This document shows, piece by piece, positions 56,498 through 64,000 of a DNA stretch of 64,000 bases (the first letter of the stretch is position 1; the number at the start of each line of letters is the position of its first letter). Source of the stretch: Terriglobia bacterium (lineage in GTDB: Bacteria > Acidobacteriota > Terriglobia > JAJPHL01); contig CAVVEL010000022.1 in assembly GCA_963747095.1 (NCBI GenBank), positions 3,959 to 67,958 of the forward strand, read 5' to 3'. A program made the position numbers and the translations under genes. The notes under the pieces were generated by a model. It had not been told where the DNA came from, did no database searches, and saw only the letters and a program-made list of their open reading frames with translations.

Positions 56498-58231
56498 GTG
56501 GCAACAATTTATGACGTTGTAATCGTGGGATCCGGCGCGGGCGGCGGGATGTGCGCCAAGGTGCTGGCGGAAGCCGGCGCCTCGGTGTTGCTGCTGGACG
56601 CGGGAGGGCACAACATCGACCGCGATATTCGCCATCATCAATGGAACTGGGAACTGCCGCTTCGCAACGCTTATCAAGTTGACGAGCCGTATGCCGTCCG
56701 ACTGCCGGTAACCACCCATACGCCGGGACAAGGCGATCGCACGGGAATGACGGTGTTCGACGGCAGCGCTCACAACAACTATCACAACGATCATTTCTGG
56801 GCCAAGCGGCGCGACTGGGCGTACACGTTCCCCAAGGACAAGCCGTATCGCTGGGTACGCGTGCGGGCGCTGGGAGGCAAGACGAATTGCTGGGACGCCA
56901 ACACCTGCCGCTGGGGACCGAAGGAGTTTAAGCCCGCAAGCTACGACGGGTACGATGTGGATTGGCCGGTTTCCTACGAAGAGATGGACCCTTGGTACAC
57001 CAAGACCGAAAAGCTGATCGGCGTCTCGGGTCCGCAAACCAATAACATCGATTATCCGAGCGGAGCGTGGCTACCGCCGATTGCCGGTCGCTGCGGCGAG
57101 ATGATCATGGGGGCGGCCGCGGCGAAGATGGGTCTCCCGGCTTTCGCCACTCCGAAAGCGGCGATCACGCGCGATTTCAATGGACGGCCGGCCTGCCATT
57201 ATTGCGGCGCGTGCAGTTACGGCTGCGATTCCGGATCGAAATTCACCACCGTCGGCGTTCTCCTTCCTCCCGCGATGGCTACCGGACGGCTGACCCTCCG
57301 GATGAACACCATCGTGCGCGAGGTTCTAGTGGACAGCGACGGACATGCCCGCGGCGTTTCCTTTGTCGATCGCTACACGTTCGAGAACGGAGAGGCGCTG
57401 GGTAAAGTTGTGATTCTGGCGGCCAGTGCCATCGAAACGGCGCGGATCATGCTGAATTCGAAATCCAGCAAGTTTCCCAATGGTATCGCCAACAGCAGTG
57501 GGCAAGTAGGCCGCAATCTGGTGGAGAATCCCACGGCCTCCGCGCATGGCTATTTGCCGCAACTCGCCGGCCGCGAGTGTACCAACGACGATGGATGGGG
57601 AACGGGCCGGACGATTGCTCCCTTCATCAACACAAACGAGCAGAACCGTTCCAAGAAATTCCTGCGGCGCTTCGAATTCGACATGAACGGAGGCTTCGGG
57701 CCGAGCGCCGGCGGAAGCCATAGCGGACAGGTTTTCGGTGAGGCCTACAAGCGCGACGTAAAGGAATGGTACGGCACCGGGGTTAGCGCCGGAGCTTCCG
57801 GCGAAGGAATATGGAATCCGAACAATTTCATGGAGCTCGATCCCGAAGTAAAAGACGCTTGGGGAATTCCGGCCGCGAGAATCAGCATGGAATTCGGCGA
57901 GAATGAGCGGGCCATGACCAAAGAAATTGTGGAATGGGGAGCGCGAATCATCGAAGCCGCTGGAGGAACGGTCACCCAAACCCAGGTCTCAACGTCGATT
58001 CCCGGCGGGCAAATTCACGAACAAGGCACCTGCCGCATGGGCAACGATCCCAAGAAATTCGTGACGAATCGCTGGGGACAGTGCCACGATGTCCCGAACT
58101 TGATGCTGGCGGACGGCTCGCTGCACGTCACCTGCTCCACCGACAGCCCCACGCTCACAATCCTGACGATGGCCATGCGCAACGCCATGCACTTGGCGGA
58201 GATTGTCCGCAACGGCGGCCTAAAAAGCTAG
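56498..58231 (+). CDS. GMC-family FAD oxidoreductase (array copy 2)
   Basis: GTG start after GAGGAAGGACG RBS. MATIYDVVIVGSGAGGGM. ~95% nt identity to copy 3 over long stretches. Confidence 0.85.
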   Translation: MATIYDVVIVGSGAGGGMCAKVLAEAGASVLLLDAGGHNIDRDIRHHQWNWELPLRNAYQVDEPYAVRLPVTTHTPGQGDRTGMTVFDGSAHNNYHNDHFWAKRRDWAYTFPKDKPYRWVRVRALGGKTNCWDANTCRWGPKEFKPASYDGYDVDWPVSYEEMDPWYTKTEKLIGVSGPQTNNIDYPSGAWLPPIAGRCGEMIMGAAAAKMGLPAFATPKAAITRDFNGRPACHYCGACSYGCDSGSKFTTVGVLLPPAMATGRLTLRMNTIVREVLVDSDGHARGVSFVDRYTFENGEALGKVVILAASAIETARIMLNSKSSKFPNGIANSSGQVGRNLVENPTASAHGYLPQLAGRECTNDDGWGTGRTIAPFINTNEQNRSKKFLRRFEFDMNGGFGPSAGGSHSGQVFGEAYKRDVKEWYGTGVSAGASGEGIWNPNNFMELDPEVKDAWGIPAARISMEFGENERAMTKEIVEWGARIIEAAGGTVTQTQVSTSIPGGQIHEQGTCRMGNDPKKFVTNRWGQCHDVPNLMLADGSLHVTCSTDSPTLTILTMAMRNAMHLAEIVRNGGLKS

Positions 58232-58247
58232 AGGAAGGACGAACGAA

Positions 58248-59982
58248 CGTGGCAAAAACTTATGACGTTGTAATCGTGGGATCCGGTGCGGGCGGCGGGA
58301 TGTGCGCCAAGGTGCTGGCGGAAGCCGGCGCGTCGGTGTTGCTGCTGGACGCGGGAGGGCACAACATCGATCGCGACATTCGCCATCACCAGTGGACCTG
58401 GGAACTGCCCTACCGCAATGTGTATCAAGTCGATGAGCCGTATGCGGTGCGCCTGCCGACGGTTCATAACACGCCCGGGCAAGGCGATCGTACTTCGATG
58501 ACGGTCTTCGACGGCAGCGCTCACAACAACTATCTCAACGATCATTTCTGGGTCAAGCGGCGCGACTGGGCTTACACGTTTCCCAAAGACAAGCCGTATC
58601 GCTGGGTGCGCGTACGCGCGCTGGGCGGCAAGACAAATTGTTGGGCCGCCAACACCTGCCGCTGGGGACCGAAGGAGTTTAAGCCGGCCAGCTACGACGG
58701 GTACGATGTGGATTGGCCCATTTCCTACGAGGAAATGGACCCTTGGTACACGAAAACCGAAAATCTGATTGGTGTCTCGGGTCCCGAAACCCATAGCGTG
58801 GATTATCCGAGTGGGGCGTGGCTTCCGCCTATTGCGCCGCGCTGCGGCGAGGTGATCATGACGGCCGCGGCGGCGAGGATGGGCCTGACAGCCTTCGCCA
58901 CACCCAAGGCGGCCATCACGCGCGATTTCAACGGCCGGCCTGCCTGCCACTATTGCGGCTCGTGCAGCCTGGGCTGCGATTCCGGATCGAAGTTTACGAC
59001 GGTCGGCGTTCTGCTGCCGCCCGCGCTGGCGACCGGGCGGCTGGACATCCGCATGAACACCATCGTGCGCGAGGTTCTGCTGGCCAGCGACGGACGGGCG
59101 CGCGGCGTTTCCTATGTGGATCGCTACACATTTCAGGACGGCGAAGCGCTGGGTAAGGTCGTGGTTCTGGCGGCCAGCGCCATCGAAACGGCGCGGATCA
59201 TGCTGAATTCGAAATCGATCAAGTTTCCCAATGGTATCGCCAACAGCAGCGGACAGGTGGGCCGCAACCTGGTGGAGAATCCCACCGCCGCCGCGCACGG
59301 CTACCTGCCGCAACTGGCCGGCCGCGAGTGCATCAACGAGGATGGATGGGCGACGGGCCGGGCCGTTGCCCCCTTCATCAACACCAACGAGCAGAACCGT
59401 TCCAAGAAATTCCTTCGGCGTTTCGAATTCGAGATGAGCGCTGGCTTCGGGATGGGCGCCGGGGGAAGCCAGGGCGGAAAGGTTTTCGGCGAGGCCTACA
59501 AGCGCGACGTGAAGGAATGGTACGGTACCGGGGTCAGCGCCTCAGCTTCCGGCGAGGGCCTTTGGAATCCGAACAATTTCGTGGACCTCGATCCCGAGGT
59601 GAAAGACATCTGGGGAATTCCGGCCGCGAGAATCAGCATGGAATTCGGCGAGAACGAGCGGGCCATGACCAAAGAGATTGTGGAATGGGGTGTGCGGTTG
59701 ATCGAAGCCGCAGGAGGCAAGGTCACCCAAACCCAGGTCTCGACCTCGATTCCCGGCGGGCAAATTCACGAACAGGGCACCTGCCGCATGGGAGACGACT
59801 CCAAGAAATTTGTGACGAACCGTTGGGGACTATGCCACGATGTGCCGAACCTAATGCTGGCGGACGGCTCGCTGCACGTCTCCTGCTCCACCGACAGCCC
59901 CACGTTGACGATTCTGGCCATCGCGATGCGCAACGCCTCGCACCTGGCGGAGATCGTGCGCACCGGCGAGTTGAAAACATAG
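58248..59982 (+). CDS. GMC-family FAD oxidoreductase (array copy 3)
   Basis: GTG start after an identical RBS. MAKTYDVVIVGSGAGGGM. Recent tandem duplicate of copy 2. Confidence 0.85.
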
Positions 59983-60052
59983 CCCACAGCGGCTCGACGC
60001 CGACAGGCGGCGATTTGCCACAGGCCACGCCACAGGCCACGCTTGACAAAAG

Positions 60053-60071
60053 GTAAGATATTAGATATCAG
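60053..60071. promoter_or_regulatory. AT-rich recurrent motif, site 12 (GTAAGATATTAGATATCAG, identical 18-mer to site 2), preceded by TTGACA (60043-60048) and a tandem 12-bp repeat CCACAGGCCACG x2
   Basis: Seen directly. 58 nt upstream of the ATG at 60129. Confidence 0.5.
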
Positions 60072-60128
60072 TAGGGGAGCGCGAGAACCACCGCTCGCTT
60101 TGTGACAGCCGGTCGCCGGCAGGAAGCT

Positions 60129-61979
60129 ATGGGCAAGATTTTCAAGAACGCGCCAGGGCGAACCCTCACGCTGATGGTGTGTGCGGGCGCCTGCTTTCTT
60201 CACTGCCAAACGCCGCCTCCTAAGGCCCATCCGCCGATCACAGCTCCGGCCCGCAGGCCAACCAACCCCGATCTCAGCGACGTCGCACAATCGGCCGCCC
60301 TGCCGGGGACCAACCCCGTGCCCATCGTCAATTCGATCGACCGCTACGTCTTCGCCAAAATGGCCAAGGATCACGTTCCCCATGCCGGATTGTCCACGGA
60401 CGAAGAGTTCTTACGGCGAATCTACCTCGACCTGACCGGACGCCTTCCGGAACCCGACGTGAGCCGCAAGTTTTTCGTCAACAAGAGTCCCGGCAAACGG
60501 GCCAAGCTGATCGACGAGTTGATGGCCACTCCGGAGCAAGGCCGCAGCTTGAAACTCGAAACGCCGTTTTTAGATCGCTGGACCTATTTCTTCTGCGACC
60601 TGTTCGAGGTGTCCACTCCGCATATGGAGAAGGGCCAGAACCTCTTCCGCGACTACGTTCATTTGGCGCTGCTCGACAACGTTCCCTATGATCAATTGGC
60701 ACGCGAATTGCTGACCGCGCAGGGCCGCTCCAACTGGCTGGACGGACCCATGAATTTCCTGACGGCCCAGGAAGTGGACGACTTCGACGACCGCAAGACC
60801 AACCAGGAGGACACCGACGACGCCATCGCCATCACGACCGGGAAGCTTTTCCTGGGGATCAACATGGAGTGCGTTTCTTGCCATGACGGCCGGGGCCACC
60901 TGGAGAAAATCAATGTCGGCCTGAGCCAGATCAAACGCGCGCAGTTGTGGCGGCAGGCCGCCTTTTTCAGCAAGCTGAACTTTTTCAAGCCCTATAGCAT
61001 CGCCCAGGAATTTTCGATTCTCGAGAAGCCGGACAAGCGTTACGACGTCACCACGAGCAGCGTGCAGCGGATGCCCCGCTACAAGACAGACTTAAATCCC
61101 CAGTTCTTGCTGACAGGGGAAGCGCCGAAACCCGGCGAAAACTGGCAGTCGGCGTTCGCCCGGATGCTGACCAGCAACCCGCAGTTCGCGCGCGCTACGG
61201 TGAATCTGTTCTGGACCGAGCTGATGGGCACGGGCATTGTGGACCCGCCGTTCTCTTTCGACTTGGCCCGCCAGGACCCCGCCCATCCGCCCGCCGCGCC
61301 GTGGACGATCCAGCCGACGCATCCGGAGTTGCTCGACGCGCTGGCCGGCGAATTCCGCGAGCATCAATACGATTTGCGTTATCTGATCAAGACCATCGTG
61401 AGTTCCAGCACCTATCAGCTCTCCTCGCATTTTGACGGCGAGTGGAAGGCCGCCTACGAACCCTACTTTGCGCGGCGCTACGTGCGGCGCCTGGCTCCGG
61501 AGATGATCGCCGATGAGGTCTCGCAAGCCACCGGCAAATTCAACGAGATGACCATCTTGTACTCCGACGGCAAGAAGGTCGATTACGTGTTGGGAACCAC
61601 GGCGCACAACGATATCCGCGGTCCCGGCGTCGGACCCATGTTTCAGTTTTTGCAATTCATGGGCTTGGCGAACCGCGACACACCGGAGAAGGATTACAGC
61701 GGAAACATGGTGGAAGCCTCCGCGTTGCTGAACAGCAAGTTCATCGCGGAGCGCGTGAAGATCGGCGACAAGGGCCGCCTGCACGACCTTCTGAATCATA
61801 CGCCACCACTCACCAACGAGGAGATTGTGGACGAGATGTTTCTCGCTTTCCTGGGGCGCTTCCCGCGGGACCGCGAGAAGACGCTTGGCGTCCAAGCTCT
61901 GGAACAGCGTCATGGCCAGGGCCTGGAAGACCTGGCGTGGTCGCTGATTAATATGCCCGAATTCCTGCTCGATTATTAA
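60129..61979 (+). CDS. PSD1-type protein (DUF1549 + DUF1553), paralog
   Basis: Same motif set as 36557-38440 (YVFAKMAKDHVPHAGLSTDEEFLRRIYLDLTGRLP ... SSSTYQLSS). Confidence 0.8.
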   Translation: MGKIFKNAPGRTLTLMVCAGACFLHCQTPPPKAHPPITAPARRPTNPDLSDVAQSAALPGTNPVPIVNSIDRYVFAKMAKDHVPHAGLSTDEEFLRRIYLDLTGRLPEPDVSRKFFVNKSPGKRAKLIDELMATPEQGRSLKLETPFLDRWTYFFCDLFEVSTPHMEKGQNLFRDYVHLALLDNVPYDQLARELLTAQGRSNWLDGPMNFLTAQEVDDFDDRKTNQEDTDDAIAITTGKLFLGINMECVSCHDGRGHLEKINVGLSQIKRAQLWRQAAFFSKLNFFKPYSIAQEFSILEKPDKRYDVTTSSVQRMPRYKTDLNPQFLLTGEAPKPGENWQSAFARMLTSNPQFARATVNLFWTELMGTGIVDPPFSFDLARQDPAHPPAAPWTIQPTHPELLDALAGEFREHQYDLRYLIKTIVSSSTYQLSSHFDGEWKAAYEPYFARRYVRRLAPEMIADEVSQATGKFNEMTILYSDGKKVDYVLGTTAHNDIRGPGVGPMFQFLQFMGLANRDTPEKDYSGNMVEASALLNSKFIAERVKIGDKGRLHDLLNHTPPLTNEEIVDEMFLAFLGRFPRDREKTLGVQALEQRHGQGLEDLAWSLINMPEFLLDY

Positions 61980-61989
61980 CGGAGGACTC

Positions 61990-63363
61990 ATGGAGCCGAT
62001 CATCACGAACAAGCCGACGCTGACTCGCAGGATGGTTCTGCGGGGAGGATTGGCGTCGGCGGCCGGATATTTCCTGGCGCCGATGGTGGCGCCGTTGAAC
62101 GTGAGAGCCGACGCGCCCGTCAAGTTGCGCGGCGGAGCCGATGCCTGTATTTTCCTTTTCCTCCGCGGCGGCGCCAGTCAGCTGGATACCTTCGACTTGA
62201 AGGAAGGGCGCTGGACGCCTCCTGAATTCGACGTACGCAAGATGAGAGGCATGAACTGGGCGCAGGGCCTGTTTCCGCGGATCGGCGCCCAGCTCGACGA
62301 CATTGCCATCGCGCGTTCCGTAGAAACGTGGGAAAGCTCGCATCCGCGTGGCGTCTACTATATGCAGGTGGGACATCCTTTCAGCCCGGCGCGCCAGAAG
62401 GAGATGCCTTCCGTCGGTGCGGTGGTGGCCTATGAGTTCCTCTCCAGACGGAAACCATTGGACTTTTTGCCCCCCTTCGTGGCTATGAATTTCGATTCCT
62501 CGGAGTTGGTGCGTGGCGGATGTTTGCCCGACCAAACCAACCCACTGCTGATCGGTGCGGGAGGCGATTTGCCGTTTGTGGTGGACGACAAGGAAAAGAC
62601 AACGTTCAACCGCCGTTGGAAAATGCTGGAAGAATTGCGCGGAACACCCGGAGCCGGAGGGTCCAAAACCGCCGAGGAATGGAAGAACTACTATGATTCC
62701 GCGTTCCAAATGATGTCCTCGCCGAGGATTCCCGAGGTTCTCAAGATTACTCCCGAAGACCATCAGCGCTACGGCGCTTCCAAAGTCGGAGATGGATGCA
62801 TCCTGGCGCGCAACCTGCTCCAAGCCAACGCCGGGACACGCTACATCACCATCGCTCATCAGAACTGGGATCTGCACAGCAATATGTTCGACAAGTCGGC
62901 CAAGGTCAATCACTTCAGCCTGTGCAGCGAGCTGGACCACGCGCTGCCGGCGTTGCTGGAGGATCTCAAACAAAGCAAGACCGAGGACGGTCGCTCGCTG
63001 TTCGAACGCACTTTCGTGGTCTGCGGCGGCGAGTTCGGCCGCACCGGCGGCGATCTGACGGTCAACAAGGGACGCGATCACAATCGGCAAGCCCAGACCA
63101 TGCTGTTTGCCGGCGCCGGCGTCAAGGGCGGCCAAGTCTTCGGCCAAACGGACGACCAGGGCGTCAAGGTCATAAAGCCGGAATGGAACAAGCCGCGATC
63201 CATTTACACCGAGGACGTGCTTGCGACGATCTACTCGCAATTGGGCATCGACTGGACCAAGAAAATTATCAACACGCCTTCGGGTCGCGCTTTTGAATAT
63301 CTGGAAGAGGTCTCGGCCACCGACTTTGTCGATATCGGCGAGATTCCAATTTTGTTTGGGTGA
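61990..63363 (+). CDS. DUF1501 protein with Tat signal, paralog
   Basis: TLTRRMVLRGGLASAAGY. FLFLRGGASQLDTFDLK. GEFGRTGGDL...GRDHN. Confidence 0.8.
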   Translation: MEPIITNKPTLTRRMVLRGGLASAAGYFLAPMVAPLNVRADAPVKLRGGADACIFLFLRGGASQLDTFDLKEGRWTPPEFDVRKMRGMNWAQGLFPRIGAQLDDIAIARSVETWESSHPRGVYYMQVGHPFSPARQKEMPSVGAVVAYEFLSRRKPLDFLPPFVAMNFDSSELVRGGCLPDQTNPLLIGAGGDLPFVVDDKEKTTFNRRWKMLEELRGTPGAGGSKTAEEWKNYYDSAFQMMSSPRIPEVLKITPEDHQRYGASKVGDGCILARNLLQANAGTRYITIAHQNWDLHSNMFDKSAKVNHFSLCSELDHALPALLEDLKQSKTEDGRSLFERTFVVCGGEFGRTGGDLTVNKGRDHNRQAQTMLFAGAGVKGGQVFGQTDDQGVKVIKPEWNKPRSIYTEDVLATIYSQLGIDWTKKIINTPSGRAFEYLEEVSATDFVDIGEIPILFG

Positions 63364-63384
63364 ATCTGAATGAAGGAGCAACCG

Positions 63385-64000
63385 ATGTCCGACTCTCCCA
63401 GCCACTCGCAGCGGCGTGCGATGCACCTGTTACTGAGTTGTGTTGTTGCAACGGCTCTAGCGGCAGCGCAAGCGTCGAAAGCCACTCTCACGGCCGATCA
63501 GAAGGCCGAGCACGTCCTCAACCGCCTGGGTTACGGACCGCGGCCGGGAGATATCGGACGCGTGCGCAAGATGGGGGTGAAGGCCTACATCGAGGAACAA
63601 CTTCATCCTGAAAAGATCGACGACAGTGCGGTGGAAGCGCGGCTCGCGCCGCTGGAAACGCTGAAGCTGCCGGTCGCCGAGGTTGTGTTCACTTATCCCG
63701 ACCCGTATCAGCTCTGGCTGCTGATGCAGCAAAAGGCCGACGGCAAGGAGTTGCCGGGTTCGCACAAGTTGATGTACGAGAAGTATGTCGTGCCGCTGAA
63801 ATTACCTGAACCGCAAAAGGGCGAGGACGAGGAGAAATGGTTGAAGCGCCTGACTCCCAGCCAGGCCGCCATCCTGGAAAACCATTCGCCGCAGCGCATG
63901 GAAGGAGACATGCAGCAAGCCCGCCTGATCCGGGCCGTTTACAGCCAGCGGCAGTTGGAAGAACAGATGGTGGACTTCTGGATGAATCACTTCAACGTCT
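63385..64000 (+). CDS. DUF1800-family protein, 5' part (runs past window end)
   Basis: AAGGAG RBS then ATG 63385. LNRLGYGPRPGD and FWMNHFNV are characteristic DUF1800 motifs. Confidence 0.75.
   Translation, partial: MSDSPSHSQRRAMHLLLSCVVATALAAAQASKATLTADQKAEHVLNRLGYGPRPGDIGRVRKMGVKAYIEEQLHPEKIDDSAVEARLAPLETLKLPVAEVVFTYPDPYQLWLLMQQKADGKELPGSHKLMYEKYVVPLKLPEPQKGEDEEKWLKRLTPSQAAILENHSPQRMEGDMQQARLIRAVYSQRQLEEQMVDFWMNHFNV

Noticed and set aside
53285-56507. ORFs 53285-54751(-) and 54546-56507(-), 488 and 653 aa
   Set aside because: Antisense to the TolB-PHP paralog and the first GMC gene of the plus array. No motifs.
54744-59982. Tandem near-identical units as CRISPR or a satellite
   Set aside because: The repeats are 1.7-kb protein-coding GMC genes with their own RBSs. 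There are no short direct repeats with unique spacers anywhere in the window.
1555-60071. Recurrent AT-rich motif as MITE/IS ends
   Set aside because: Copies are isolated 17-19-mers with no shared flanking sequence, no paired terminal arrangement apart from 36467/36515, and no target duplications. All sit at fixed small distances from start codons.
58228-63426. ORFs 58228-59313(-), 61092-62123(-), 61948-63426(-)
   Set aside because: Antisense to GMC copy 3, PSD1 and DUF1501 genes respectively.
1-64000. rRNA, tRNA, tmRNA, riboswitch or CRISPR features
   Set aside because: None seen on inspection. Intergenic regions are short and contain no cloverleaf-like or conserved structured-RNA sequence that I could recognise. 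A covariance-model scan (tRNAscan-SE/Infernal) would be needed to be certain.

Overview
This is a high-GC (about 62-64%) chromosomal segment whose gene content points to a soil Acidobacteria genome of the Solibacter/Bryobacter type. It carries two PSD1 (DUF1549/DUF1553) + DUF1501 pairs (the second followed by a DUF1800 gene), a CarboxypepD_reg-type TonB receptor, and many Tat/Sec-exported oxidoreductases. All calls come from reading the six-frame ORF track and the sequence by eye, so coordinates are approximate to +/-1-3 nt.

Most of the window is a periplasmic carbohydrate-oxidation island:
- Six GMC (FAD) oxidoreductase genes sit in two tandem arrays: 24266-29477 on the minus strand (two of its three copies are decayed pseudogenes) and 54744-59982 on the plus strand (three intact copies).
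- Two paralogous Tat-signal proteins fuse a xylose-isomerase-like TIM barrel to a gluconate-2-dehydrogenase subunit-3 (Tat hitch-hiker) domain.
- Also present are a mono-heme PSCyt-type cytochrome c, two divergent double-DUF1080 (3-keto-disaccharide hydrolase) genes, Gfo/Idh/MocA oxidoreductases (one Tat-exported), a lactonase, two TolB-propeller+PHP(CehA/McbA) paralogs, MFS transporters, a GntR regulator, an aldehyde dehydrogenase, an orphan LarA homolog, a Tat-signal DegT aminotransferase and a LacD-like aldolase.
- A two-gene molybdoenzyme module (FeS+NrfD fusion plus a Tat-less Mo subunit) lies at 18400-22632.

The left 9 kb carries rearrangement scars. An IS630 element splits a secreted retropepsin-like protease gene. 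There are 3' remnants of a cysK-like gene and of a second pfk copy, and the CadC-like regulator gene is frameshifted.

The most striking non-coding signal is an AT-rich element TGATATCTGATATAT(C/T)A, an imperfect TGATAT-N5-ATATCA inverted repeat. It occurs 12 times, always intergenic at operon 5' ends.

No rRNA, tRNA or CRISPR was seen. Several genes carry frameshifts, so either pseudogenization or imperfect assembly must be considered.
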